Of a DNA stretch of 56,803 bases, positions 11,340-24,741 are shown one piece after another (the stretch's first letter is position 1; each line of letters opens with the position of its first letter). A model generated the notes under the pieces. That model was not told where the DNA came from. It did no database searches and saw only the letters and a list, made by a program, of their open reading frames with translations. The translations under genes and the position numbers were made by a program. The DNA comes from Prorocentrum cordatum (lineage: Eukaryota). The stretch lies in contig CAUYUJ010000065.1 in NCBI GenBank assembly GCA_963575745.1, forward strand, positions 62,001 through 118,803, written 5' to 3'.

Positions 11340-14300
11340 ACCCAGCGTTTTTCCATTCTCACGATAAATGGTTCTTCCTGGATATCAGTGGAAAATGTAC
11401 CACCTCGGTTTACATCGGCAATCATTTGTGTCCAAGAACATCGGCTCCTACCTGCGCGTTATACGGGAATGGTGGGGAAAATGACAGGCCTTGGCTGGAT
11501 TATGTATGGGGGCCCTGCCCTTTCTACGGAAAAAGGACGGGCATCAGATGGGGTATGCATCCTTGTGCGCGCGCGTCTGTCTTGCTGGGCTCCAGACGAA
11601 GGATGTGTACAACCAGGGCGTGCTGCCCGTTGTTATGTCAGATCTGCAGAGTTGGGTGTTTTCATGGTGGGCACACTGTACATGTACGCCGGGGGAGGTC
11701 TCGCTCCTCGTAATCTCAAGCTGATGCGTGTACTAGGCAACGCAGCGCTGGCGCACCGTATGCCGTTCTGTATTGGGGGTGACTGGAACAACCCACCACA
11801 GGCCATCAATGATGCGCTGCCCTTGCACATCTTAGATGGCATTGTGCGAGGAGATGAGTTTGCCCCCCCTCATGCGTGCTTGAGGACCATGCGGCCACTA
11901 TCGACTTCTACCTGACCAGCAGGGCCCTAGAATCGATGGTGGAAAAGATTGAATTCATGATCGGCCTCGCAGTGGACTCCCACAGACCTGTCAAACTTAC
12001 GTTCAAGGCAAAGTCGGGAGATCAGAAGGTAATGGTTGCCAAGAAGTACCAGACGCCGCCTGGAACCCGTGTTGTGGGGCCTGTCCTTCCTGGCCCTGAT
12101 ATGTCGGGACCAGATGGGCTACCGGGTGAGTTTTTTATTTCGATAAAGTTGGAGGCGCTTCGGACCAGACTACCTTGCAGGGTGACAACCTGAAGGCAGG
12201 GATCGAGGTGCTCAACAAGACGTGCGATAGGTGGAATGATTTTGCGTGGCAGGAGGTGATCCATGTCACAGGCTATGACGGCAAAGGGCTTCCAGGCGGA
12301 TCACCAATAACTTGGGCGACAATGCCAGTTCGGAAGGTCTTCGTGACAAGGTCCCACAGCAAGCTGGACCCTCAGAGAGCGCTGTCGTGGGCCATGCAAC
12401 GATTCAAGGAGGTGGAGACGCTCTGCAGCCAGAAGAAGTTCTCTACTTACTATGTCAAGCTGGTTAAGTCGCTAGAGGTTCTCAACGCCAAGAGCCCCTT
12501 TGCAGTGGTTTGGAAGGGCGGAGCAAGATACTGGAACTCGTTACTCAGAACTGTTAGACACCTTATGTACGTTCCACCAGAATGCGGATTGCCATGGTTA
12601 GGGTCTGTTATTCAAGTGTGTGTCTTCTGGCATGGCCAGGTGGTGGTAAATTCCAGCAGTGTTCGCAGGCGCAAGTGGAAGGAGTGTTGTGATCAGGCCA
12701 TGGAGTCAGGGGCCCGCAGGGCCCATGGCTACCTCGAGGAGAAGATCACGCCGCAGACGTTCCATTTTAAAGGTATGGCAGAACAAGCGCTTGATGTATG
12801 TTCGCTGAAAAGTATGGAGCAGGATCGCAACATGTGGTGTACTGCATGGGGTTGTTGTGATGCCCCTGGAGATATCCCCGCGTTCGGAGCGCACCCTGTA
12901 CCTGTTATGGGGCTCCCATCGGCGGACAATATCAAGGGAGTTAGCAAGCGTTTCACGCCGAACACATGCCAACCTGCTGGACATCCACGGCATTACAGTC
13001 TACTTGGCGAAGATACAAGGGCTGTGTTTGGCAAGTTGCTGCTTTTAATGGAGATGTGTGGCCAGAATCCGTCATCGGTGCAGAGATTAACTGTTCAGTT
13101 GAATCGCAGGCCTGCTGGTGGACGACGACCGCTCGGATTCTACAACGCATCAACCATGATGTCAGGGCGTCTTTGGCGAGATAGGTTGCGCAGATGGGAG
13201 AAATACCAGGGCCTTGGAGGCTAGTGCTCCATGTCATAAGGCAGAGGCCCACATGATACTGTTTGGCGCCAAGCAGCAGTTTCAGAGGGCGCGAACAACA
13301 TGGACATGTACTACGTTGCAGTCTTATGGGGTCTGCTGCAGTTCTATGAGAATGTGCCATGGGACCTTCTGGCGACGAATTGCACAATTACAAGCTTTCC
13401 AGTGGCAGTGTTGCGGATGTCTGTGCAGAGCTACACATGGCCGGGACATCGTCAATTCGATGGCATGCTGCCGGGCCCGCTCGACCCACACAGAGGCGTA
13501 GTCGCAGGATCAGCGAGTGCAACCTTCGAAGCCAAGATGTCGCTGCTCCCTCTCATGGACGACGAATGCGAAGCTCGCGACAATGCCACGAACATGCTGT
13601 CCTTACACATCGATGACCTCTCTCAACATCATTGGGGTGGGTCGATGGTCAAGGTTCTCCGGGAAATGCGAGATCACGTACGCAGAGTTGGACGTAGACT
13701 ACAGAAAGAACTTGACATACCCCTAGCTTCCCACAAGCTGAGCATGGTCACCTCCTCTGGCAAGATGACTGAGTTGGCGAGGAATATGCTTAGTGGGCTT
13801 GGGGCCAGGCGCATGCGGACTGAGGAATCTTGGAGTAGATTACACTCTGGCAGCAAACATCGAGCTCATCCTAAGGCCCACGCCACGCGGGCACAGAGAT
13901 GGAGAAAGCTCACCACGAAGAAGAAGAAGCTAGCGACCATGAAGTTCACGAAGAAGGGCCACAAGAGCAGGCTTGCAATCACGAGTATAGTTCCCACCGT
14001 TCTATATGGAGGTGCTGTTCATGCGTTCAGCCCGTCCCAGGTACTACGGCTTAGAGGACACGTCTTCAAGGCTATGGGCATGTCGTTGAAGGGCCTGAAT
14101 TCAGATTTGGCTTGGTCGCTTACGAGGGCGAAATACCCGATCCATGCGTGGTAGCATGTGCATATTCAGATATTGCGCAGGATGGTGGATGACGTTGGCA
14201 CCGCGACCTGACCTCCAACGACGGCGTGATGATGTTCTACCTGCACCTGTACTGACCAGGCTTTGGCAGGCCGCAAAGGCCCGCTTCAACCCACAGGCAA

Positions 14301-15962
14301 GTGCAAAACATTGGTTTAGAGAAAGCAAGGGGCCATCAGCGACCTCCTCCTCTGGTGTTGGGAGGTTGGGTGGACGGCCCTGGGTCCTACCTCCTTCCTC
14401 GACCTCGAAGGGGTGGCCCTTGATGTTTTGAAGGTGGCCCTTGCTTTCATAGCCGAGCGTTTTTGACTTGCAGTATAAAGGATGTCGAACACAGGAAGTA
14501 GTGAAAGCAGTCTGCCACGCCATTGAGGACCCAAGCAGTGTTTTGATTGCCGAACAGGGGCTCTGGTGGGAGGCGGCTGCGAAGGCCCTCTCGTGCAAGC
14601 ATGATTTGGAACCTAAAGAGGTAGTGGCTGCTAGACAGGCGTATGGAGGAGCCACCCCGACGGCTGTGAAGCTGAGGTCCTGGGGCTACCCTCTCGCGCC
14701 TGAATGCAAATTCGGATGTGGGGTCCCCGATGCGGCTTTTCATCGGATCTGGGTTTGCCCCCGCGGCGCCGAACAGCGCGCATAATTTTTTTCGGAGTCC
14801 ACGGTGCAACAGGCACCGGAGACAGGAGGGCGCAAATTGTTGTTTACGAGAGGCTGGATGGCGCGCCATGAAGCCACGCTACCCTCCCAGGACTGGCATG
14901 CCACGTTCTACCAGGAATGCCAGAAGGTCGAACCATTCGCCTTCGCCCCTGGCGACAAACTTTATAGCGATGGTTCCTGCCTGAGGCCGAACATGGGGTG
15001 CCTGGCGAGAGCGGGGCGGGGGGTTGCTTCGATTGACGCCCAGGGGAACCTAATTAAAGGAATATATGGGCATGTGCCCAAGTTGTTTGGCCAGAGCAGC
15101 AGGGTAGGCGAGCAGATCGGGGTCATGATGGCCCACCTGCACATCGACAGCGAAGATAACGTGGGCCCCAGGTCCGCCCTCGGGGTTGACTTTGCGGCCC
15201 TCCTGAGGGCCCAGGGGTCGCCAGACACTGTGCTGGCGGCTAAGTGTGACGCTGCGCATTTCTGGCGCGAGGTAGCCGCAAATCTCGAAGTTGGTGAATG
15301 GGTGACCTTCCACAAAGTTAAGGCGCATCTTGACGAGACCTCTGCAACGACAGAGGCGGAAAAATGGGCATCCTGGGAAATAAGGCTGCTGACTGGCTGG
15401 CTGGCCAGGGCGCTCGTTCTCATGACTTCAGCCCCGATTTTTCCGATACCGTATTGCGTTCAGTTAAACAATATCGAGAATTATTCCTGGGAGTAGGGAA
15501 AGTCCTTGCCCTATGCCCCCCCCCGCTGACCTGTTCGGTGTGCCTGAGAAGGGATTTGTGGGCCCCCGCGTGAAGAGGCCTCCGATTGCCCCACACATCC
15601 CTCACTGGCACATAGATCATTGGCGATGCTCTGTATGTCTGAGATCGGTCTCGCCGCTCACAAAGACCCCATGCATAGGCCTCAACCCTTCCCTCGTGGA
15701 GGTTCCGAAGGAACCTGGCCATTGTGGACACGCCCTTCAGCTGGCGTGCGTGGTTGAGTCTGGGTTCCCTGTTTTGTTCTGTTCCCGTTGTGGAAAATTC
15801 GGGACCCAGAAGGCCTTAAAGCTGAGGTCAAAGTGTGAGCCTAGCAGGAGTAAAGAGAAGCGTGCCCTCCTTGCTGGCCGGCTACCCTCTACCACTTGTC
15901 GAATTCATCCCGTTCAACAGGTCAGCGGCTCGGCGTTGGGGGAGTTTTGTCCTCGACTGTAG
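11340..15962 (+). pseudogene. LINE ORF2: AP endonuclease, reverse transcriptase, CCHC finger, RNase H; multiple frameshifts and stops
   Basis: APE: ILTING, VQEH, GVCILV, IGGDWN, TIDFYL, DSHRPV. RT: GGRRPLG, LLQFYENV, GVVAGSASA, LHIDDLS (YxDD position). Finger: CKFGCGVPDAAFHRIWVC. RNase H: LYSDGS, SSRVGE, KVKAH, GNKAADWLA. Confidence 0.88.
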
Positions 15963-16037
15963 CTGTTTTTCTGGGCCAGTGCCCCAGGTGTAGTTGCACA
16001 GTGTGTGACTTCGCCTCTATGTACCCACAGTACCCAC

Positions 16038-16600
16038 AGGAGGAGGAGGAGGAGAAGGAGGAGGACGAGGAGGAGGAGGAGGAGGAGGAGGAGGAGGAGG
16101 AGGAGGAGGAGGAGGGGAGGAGGGGGAGAGGGGGCGCAAGCCAGGTGCGCTCGCGTCATATTTGACGTCCTACCCCTCCCTCCCATCCCTTACCATGGCG
16201 CTGATTCTCTCTATCTGCGGACGCGTGTCGTAGCGGACCTGTGGCTCCGCGCGCGCGTGCGTAGTGGGTGGTGGTGCACGTGCGTGCGTGCGTGCGTGTG
16301 TGCGTGGTTGTCGTGGTGGTGGTGGTGGTGGTGGTGGTGGTGATAGCGGTGGTGGTGTGGTGGTGATGGTGATGGTGGTGGTGCTGGTGGTGGTGGTGGT
16401 GGTGCTGGTGGTGGTGGTGGTGTTGGTACTGGTGCTGGTGCTGGTGCTGGTTGTGGTGGTGGTGGTGGTGGTGGTGGTGGTGGTGGTGGTGGTGGTGGTG
16501 GTGGTGTGGTGGTGGTGGTGGTGGTGGTGGTGTGTGGTGGTGGTGTGGTGGTGGTGTTGGTGGTGGTGGTGGTGGTGGTGGTGGTGGTGGCGGTGCGGCG
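16038..16600 (+). repeat. (GAG)n followed by (GGT)n microsatellites
   Basis: Directly visible. Confidence 0.9.
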
Positions 16601-16730
16601 CGGTGGTGGCGGGCGGATGGGCGCGCGAGAAAAAGGCCCGCGCTGGGGCGAAAACGCCATCCTGAACGACGAAGGCCAAGCACCGATCCGAAAATGAGGC
16701 CCACGCTGCAGCGGGAGCGCGATTCGGAAC

Positions 16731-17097
16731 GATTCGGGAGCAGAAATGAGGCCGGCGCCTCAACGAGAGCAGCATTTTGGGAAAAAAATGACGCCGGCGC
16801 CCCAGCGACAGTCGTTTCCCGGGATTTCCCGGGCATCCTGTGTAAAAAATACAGTACGCGGAGGGTGCGCGGCCATCACCCGGACGCCATCAGGGGAAGG
16901 ATTCGGGAGCAGAAATGAGGCCAGCGCCTCAACGAGAGCAGCATTTTGGGAAAAAATGACGCCGGCGCGAGAGCAGCATTTTGAGAAAAAATGATGCCGG
17001 CGCCTCAGCGAGAGTCGTTTCCCGGGATTTCCCGGGCATCCTGTGTGTAAAAAACCAGTACGCGGAGGGTGCGCGGCCATCACCCGGACGCCATCAG
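16731..17097 (+). repeat. ~169-bp tandem duplication with an internal partial repeat
   Basis: GATTCGGGAGCAGAAATGAGGCC...CATCACCCGGACGCCATCAGGGG occurs at 16731-16895 and again at 16900-17097. Confidence 0.85.
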
Positions 17098-17133
17098 GGG
17101 AAGAGGGAGAGTATATTCATATTGAGTAATTGT

Positions 17134-17269
17134 GGAGGAGGAGGAGGAGGAGGAGGAGGGAGGAGGAGGAGGAGGAGGAGGAGGAGGAGGAGGGGAGGAG
17201 GAGGAGGAGGAGGAGGAGGAGAGGAGGAGGAGGAGGAGGAGGAGGAGGAGGAGGAGCAGGAGGGGGGGA

Positions 17270-17354
<85 letters not shown>

Positions 17355-17364
17355 GATGATGATT

Positions 17365-17395
<31 letters not shown>

Positions 17396-17613
17396 GGAGG
17401 AGGAGGAGGAGGAGGAGGAGGAGGAGGAGGAGAGGAGGAGGAGGAGGAGGAGGAGGAGGAGGAGGCGGAGGAGGAGAGCAGGAGGCGGAAAGGAGGAGGA
17501 GGAGGAGGAGGAGGAGGAGGAGGAGCAGGAGGAGGAGGAGGAGGAGGAGGAGGAGGAGGGAGAGGAGGAGGCGGAGGAGGAGGAGGAGGAGGAGGAGGAG
17601 GAGGCGGAAGAAA

Positions 17614-17645
<32 letters not shown>

Positions 17646-18383
17646 TAATAATAAGAAGAAAAATAAGAAGACGAATAAGATTAATAATAATAATAATAAC
17701 AATAAGAATAATAAGAAGAAAACGAATAATAATAAGAATACTAAGACTAATAATAATAACAAGAATATTAACACGACTAAGAAGAAGCATAAGCATAATA
17801 ATAATAAGAAGAAACATACATCGAATAATAAGAAAACTAAGACGAATTTTAATAATAATGATAATAATAATATGAAGAAGAATAAGAAGACGAATAATAA
17901 GAATATTGAGAATACTGGTAATAGTAATAAAAATACTAAGAATAAGAATCATAATAATAAAAAAAAATAAGAAGAATAATAAACATACTAATAATAAGAA
18001 TAAGAAGACTAATAATAATAAGCATACTAATACGAACATTAAGAATAATAATACTAATGATAATAATACTTATAATAATAATAATAAGACGAAGACGAAT
18101 AATAAGACGAATGCTACTAATAAGAATAGTAAGCATAATAATAATACTAAAACTCATAATAGGTATATTAATAATAATAATAGTAATAATAATTCTAATA
18201 ATAATACGAATAATATCAATACTAATATTCATACTAATAATAGTATAATACCAATAACAATACTATTAAACATAATAATACTACTACTACTCCTAAAAAT
18301 AATACTAATACTTTTAATACTACTAATACTACTACTAATAATAATAAGAAGAAGAATAATACGAAGACGAATAAGAAGAATAA

Positions 18384-18419
<36 letters not shown>

Positions 18420-19374
18420 GAATAAGAAGAATAAGTAGAAGAAACATAAAGAAAACTAATACTAATACTAATAATAATAATAATAATACGAAGAATAAGA
18501 ATACAAATAATAATATTAATAATAATAATATTAATAATAATAATATTAATAATAATAATAAGGGACAATAGTATGAAGACGAATAAGAATACTAAGAATA
18601 ATAATAAGAAGAAGGCGAGGAGGAGGAGGAGGAGGAGGCTGAGGAGGAGGAGGAGGTGGAGGAGGAGGAGGAGGAGGAGGAGGAACAGGAGGAGGAGGAG
18701 GAGGAGGAGGAGGAGGAGGAGGAGGAGGAGGACGGGAGGAGGACGGGAGGAGGAGGAGGAGGAGGAGGAGGAGGAGGAGGGAGGAGGAGGAGGAGGAGGA
18801 TGAGGAGAAGGAGGAGGAAGAGGAGGAGGAGGAGGCGGAGGAGGCGGAGGAGGAGGAGGAGGAGGAGGAGGAAGAAGAAGAAGACGAACAAGAAGACTAC
18901 GAAGAAGAATAATAATAAGAATAATAATACGAAGAAGAAGAATAAGACGAATAAAAATAATAATACTAATAATACTAATGCGAAGAAGAATACGAATACT
19001 AATAATAATAATAACACCAAGAAGAATAATAAGAAGAAAAAGATGAAGCATAATAATAATAAGAATATTTTTTTTTAATACCAATAATGATACTAATAAT
19101 AATTCTAACAATATTAATAATAATATTAATACTAATAATAATAGTATTAATACTAATAAGAATAAGAAGAAGAATACAACGAATAATAAGAATATTACGA
19201 ACAGTAATAATAAGAATAAGATTAATAATAATAATACTAAGAAGAAGAATATAATAATACGAATAATACGAAGAAGAAGACTAATAATAATAAGACTAAG
19301 ACGAATAATAATACTACTACGAATACTAATAACACGAATACTAATAAGAAGAATAATAAGAATAGTAAGACGAA

Positions 19375-19406
<32 letters not shown>

Positions 19407-19823
19407 ATAATACTACTAACAATAATAACAACAATAATGCCAATAATAATGCTAACACACATAATACGATTAATACTAGTAATAATAATGATGCTAATAA
19501 TAATACGAATACTACTAATAATAATATTATAATATTATTAATATTACTTATAATACTAATAATACTAATACTAATACTAATACTAATACTAATAATAATA
19601 ATGATAATAATAATACTAATACTAATACTAATACTAATAATAATACTAATAATAATACTACTAATAATAATACTAATAATAACAATAATAATAACAATAC
19701 TAATCATATTACTAATAATAATGATAATAATAAGAATGCTGATAATAATACTAATGGTAATGATAATACTAATAATTATAGTAGTAATAATAATACTAAG
19801 AAGAATGAGATTAATAATAATAC

Positions 19824-19888
<65 letters not shown>

Positions 19889-20003
19889 TTAATAATAATA
19901 ATACTAATACTAATAATAATAATGATAATAATAAGAATAATGCTAATAATAAGAGGAGGAGGAGGAGGAGGAGGAGGAGGAGGAGGAGGAGGAGGAGGAG
20001 GAG

Positions 20004-20038
<35 letters not shown>

Positions 20039-20885
20039 GGAGGAGGAGGAGAGGAGGAGGGGAGGAGGAGGAGGAGGAGGAGGAGGAGGAGGAGAGGGGA
20101 GGAGGAGGAGGAGGAGGAGGGGGAGGAGGAGGAGGAGGAGGAGGAGGAGGAGGAGGAGGAGGAGGAGGAGGAGGAGGAGGAGGAGGAGGACGAGGAGGAG
20201 CGGAGGAGGAGGAGAGGAGGACGAGGAGGAGGAGAGGAGGAGGAGGAGGAGGAGAAGGAGGAGGAGGAGGAGGAGGAGGAGGAGGCGGAGGAGGAGGAGG
20301 CGGACGAGGCGGACGAGGAGGAGGCGGAGGCGGAGGCGGAGGCGGAGGCGGAGGCGGAGGAGGAGGAGGAGGAGAGGAGGAGGAGGAGGAGGAGGAGGAG
20401 GAGGAGGAGGAGGAAGGAGGAGGAGGAGGAGGAGGAGGAGGAGGGAGGAGGAGGAGGAGGAGGAAGGAGGAGGAAGAGGCGGAGGCGGAGGCGGAGGCGG
20501 AGGAGGAGGAGGAGGAGAAGGAGGAGGAGGGGGAGGAGGAGGAGAGGAGGAGGAGAGGAGGAGGTGGAGGAGGAGGGGGAGGATGGCAGGAGGAGGAGGA
20601 GGAGGAGGAGGAGGAGGAGGAGAGGAGGAGGAAGAAAAGGGAGGAGGGATGAAGGAGGAGAGGAGAGGAGGAGGGAGGATGGAGGAGAGAAGAGGATGAG
20701 GGAGGAGGAGGGAGGTATGGGGAGGGGGGAGGAGGGTGAAAGGGGGAGGGGTGAGGGGGGGGGGGAGGGATGAGGGAGGAAGGAGGAGGGAGGAGGGAGG
20801 AGGGAGGAAGGAGGAGGGAGGAGGGAGGAGGGAGGAGGGAGGAGGGAGGAGGGAGGAGTGAGGAGGGAGGACGGAGGAGGGAGGA
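17134..20885 (+). repeat. Compound microsatellite GAG/GAT with AT-rich AAT/AAG/ACT blocks (17610-18610, 18870-19950)
   Basis: Directly visible. Confidence 0.95.
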
Positions 20886-21860
20886 AGATTCGGATTGCGC
20901 TCTGTTTCGCCGAGGTGACGGTCAGCTTAGTGCGGCACTCACTAGCTTCTGCAACAGTGCGTACATGCAGCACGGGCGCCAAGGTTTGGTGAATCTCCCC
21001 GCCCCCGTCCTGTCCTACCACCCCCTCCGCCTCATCGTCTGAAGGCGCTCAGGGCGCATCACAACGCCGCAGGAGGAGGGAGGAGGCAAGAGGAGGCATA
21101 TCAAAGATCGGAGCAGTTGAGATGGCCTGCGAAGGGACGAAAGCCAGCTTAGTGGGCTGGCGCAAGGCAGGGGCCTGCGGGAGTGCACGATATTCGCACG
21201 CTCGACCTGCGGCCCGTGCCTGCACCAATGCCGCAGTGCAACCCTCGTCCCCAACAACGTCAGCGTCCCCCCCAATCACTCCTCTCTCAAATCAAGTGGC
21301 CGGCATGGGGTCGAACAAAGAAACGACGACCGCATCGTGGTTCTTGGCCACTCGGGGGGGGGAGGGGAGGGAGGAAGGGAGGGAAATGGCTGCATCCTAG
21401 AAGAGAGAGTGAGACCGGGACACATATCCTAAACCTCCAATCTCGGAGCAGCAGAAAATGAGCGGGGTCAAGGCTGGGACACATCTGACTGGCAGCCGCC
21501 ATCTTCTGCACGTAGTAGCCAAAGCGTGACGACTACGTATCCAGGAATTCCAACACCATTCCCACACCGAACCTCAACGCCACCCTCCAAACCCTCCGCC
21601 CATCTATAATGGACGTGTGTGACAGCACAGCACGTCGACCACGCGAGACACTCGCTGATCAGGATGGGGAAGGAATGTGCAACACGACGTATGGGACACA
21701 TACATCCTGCAAAGCTAGGAAGGAGGACAGGCTAGGACCACATCTCCTAGGCAGTACAGTGGGGGAAAAAGGGTAGTTATCTTCGCACCCGCGCGAGGCA
21801 CCGACGCGATTGTCATCGCGCTATGCCGAGGCGGAGAAACGTGGCAGGGCCATCTGCTGA

Positions 21861-23463
21861 TCAGTCGAGCCTCCTTCTCCTAGAGATGGGGCTCCGGACA
21901 GACCAGTCTTGCCATTTTCGGGATGCCGCGATACTCGCAGCCAGAAACGCATCAGGATCGGCCAAGGTGCGCGTGGGAGGCGGGGGAGTGGGCAGAGGCC
22001 CCGTCTGCACCCACCTACGCACGTGCCGAGCAAACATATCATCATTCACTATGGCAGCAATGCGAGCAGCTGATGATATGGACTCGCAGCGAACAATAGG
22101 AGTAGAAACTACTGGGATTCGCTGCGCACGGACCCATTTCCACTGCAAGCTGAATCTTTGAACGGGCGGGCGGCTGGAGGGCAACAAGATCATACGCTCA
22201 CGGCGGACTACATTGCTCTGGGCGCCAGCCGTTTGCTCCGGGCTCGGCGGCTCACGAGCGCGACCGGCCGCCGCAGCAGCAAATTCCGGAGCTCCAGCAG
22301 CACCAGCAAGCTCCCGCGCGTCCAGCGGGCCCGCAGCCCCCAGCGGGTCGGCCTGGGCCGCTGCATGCGGCAGGGCTGGCTCGCTGGGATGTGCCAACAT
22401 CGCCATGTAGGTCCCGTCGTTGTCCTTGTGCACCTTGAACTGGGCCCACTTGCTTAGGAAGGCTGCAACATCCGTCTCGCCCTCATCCTGCATCAGGGAG
22501 TCAAGGCGAATCCGCCACATGGCCGCGAACTCGTCGGGAAGGCGAGCCACGGGAACAGGCCCTCGGCCGCGCAAGACTTTGGCCAACGCCACCACCAGCA
22601 ATGGGGCCGCAGCCAGCTCCGAGGGCGGGGCATCCACCACCTCCGCCAGTGCCGGTGGCGAGGCAGCACGTTCCAGAGCCTCCGGAGACGCAGCGCCATC
22701 GGGACGCGCAGGCGGTCCGGCACGAGGCAGCACGCGCTCATCCTCTCGAACGTCATGTGCGGGTGGCGGCAGCAAACAGAGCGGCGGCAGTCCGGGAGCA
22801 TCATGTGCAGGTGGTAGAGGCAGCATTGGTAGTTGTTGCAGCGGGCGCGAAGCGCTCGCCGAGGAACGCGGCGGGGCGCAGGGTGCACTCCTGGGTACAG
22901 CAGGGCAGGGGGTTCCAGGGGCCACGCCAGCGGCCGCAGCAACCAGGTCCACGATTGGCGGCATGTCATCGATTTGGACGTCCGCGCTCGGTGCCCGCAG
23001 GTCACCCTCCTCCACGGAGGCTTCGGGGCTTGCACCCTGGCGCTGGGCCAGTTGAGGCACTCCCCCGGCTTCGGGGTCTGCGCCCTGGCGCTCGGCCAGT
23101 TGTGGCACTCCCCCAGGACGGTCCTCCGAGGACGGCCCCCGCACGATGTGGTGTCGGAGCTCCGAGCGACCGAGGATACACGAATTCTGTGGAGTCGAAG
23201 TCGACCGTGCTGTCGGACTCATCAGACGAGTCGGCAGCAACGTCAGGGCCGTCCTCAGCGTCGTCATCCGCTGGCGGCGGCGGCGGCAGGCTGCGCTCCA
23301 CGAAAAACGGTGGGGCGCGTGCCGGCGGCGGCCCGACCAACGGCAGATCGGCGGCACTCAGCGTCGTCAGCCGCGGCGGCGGCGGCGAGGGCCACCAGAT
23401 CGGCGCGCTGGGCGCTGGGGGCGGCAGCGCTCCGGGCAGCCAGCACCATGCGGACTCGGCCAC
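21861..23463 (-). pseudogene. Putative frameshifted Pro/Ala-rich protein with a possible LOTUS/OST-HTH-like helical domain
   Basis: Minus-strand ORFs 23002-23463 and 21861-23357 read as one protein with a frame switch near 23150. It contains a 16-aa tandem repeat (GGVPQLAERQGADPEA/GGVPQLAQRQGASPEA). The segment LVVALAKVLRGRGPVPVARLPDEFAAMWRIRLDSLMQDEGETDVAAFLSKW has LOTUS-like spacing, judged by eye only. Confidence 0.35.
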
Positions 23464-23537
23464 CTTGGCACCCGCAGCATCACCATCTGCATGTGCAGGA
23501 CCGGCATCATGGTCACATGGTCACAAAGGTCACAAAG

Positions 23538-23907
23538 GAGGAGGAGGAGGAGGAGGAGGAGGAGGAGGAGAAGCATGAGGTGGAGGCGGAGGAGGCGGAG
23601 GAGGAGGGGGAGGAGGAAGGAGGAGGAGGAGGAGGAGGAGGAGGAGGAGGAGGAGGAGAGGAGGAGGCGGAGGCGGAGGAGGAGGGGAGGAGGAGGAGGA
23701 AGAGGAGGAGGAGGGAAAGAAGGAGGAGGAGGAGGAGGCGGAGGAGAGGAGGAGGAGGAGGAGGAGGCGGAGGCGGAGGAGGAGGAGGAGGAGGAGGAGG
23801 AGGGGAGGAGGAGGAGGAGTAGTAGGAGGAGGAGGAGGCGGGAGGGGGCGGGGGGAGGAGAAGGAAGAGAGAAGGAAGAGGAGAGGAGAGGAGGAAGGAG
23901 AAGGAAG

Positions 23908-23944
<37 letters not shown>

Positions 23945-24101
23945 GATGATGATAGATGATGATGAGGAGGAGGAGGAGGGAGGAGGAGGAGGAGGAGGAG
24001 GAGGAGGAGGAGGAGCAGGAGGAACAGGAGGAGGAGGAGGAGGAGGAGGAGGAAGAGGATGAGGAGGAGAGGAAGAGGAGGAGGGATGAGGAGGGACCGC
24101 T

Positions 24102-24178
<77 letters not shown>

Positions 24179-24179
24179 C

Positions 24180-24223
<44 letters not shown>

Positions 24224-24387
24224 TTGATGATGATGATGCTGATGATCATGATGATGATGATGATGATGCTGATGCTGATGCTGATGCTTCTGATGATGAT
24301 GCTGATGCTGATGATGATGTTGATGATGATGATGATGATGATGATCATGATTAGGATGATGCTGATGATGAGGATGCTGATGATAAT

Positions 24388-24418
<31 letters not shown>

Positions 24419-24421
24419 ATT

Positions 24422-24466
<45 letters not shown>

Positions 24467-24708
24467 CTGATGCTGATGCTGATGCTGCTGATGATGATGG
24501 TGGTGATGATGATGATGATGATGATGAGGATGAAGGTGATGATGCTGATGATGCTGCTGATGCTGATGGTGATGATGATGATGAAGAAGAAGAATAATAA
24601 TAATATTAAGAAGAAGAAGAAAAAGAAGAATAATACGAATAATAATAAGAAGACGAATAATAATAATAAGAAGAATAAGAAGAATAATAATAATAATAAT
24701 AAGAAGAA

Positions 24709-24741
<33 letters not shown>

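Larger units (their letters stand above)
9950..16037 (+). mobile_element. Full-length, decayed non-LTR retrotransposon (LINE: ORF1 + APE-RT-zf-RNase H ORF2) inserted in a (GAG)n tract
   Basis: Starts at the DinoSL and ends in the tandem TACCCACAG x2. Both flanks are (GAG)n. All expected ORF2 domains are present in order across frameshifted ORFs. Confidence 0.9.
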
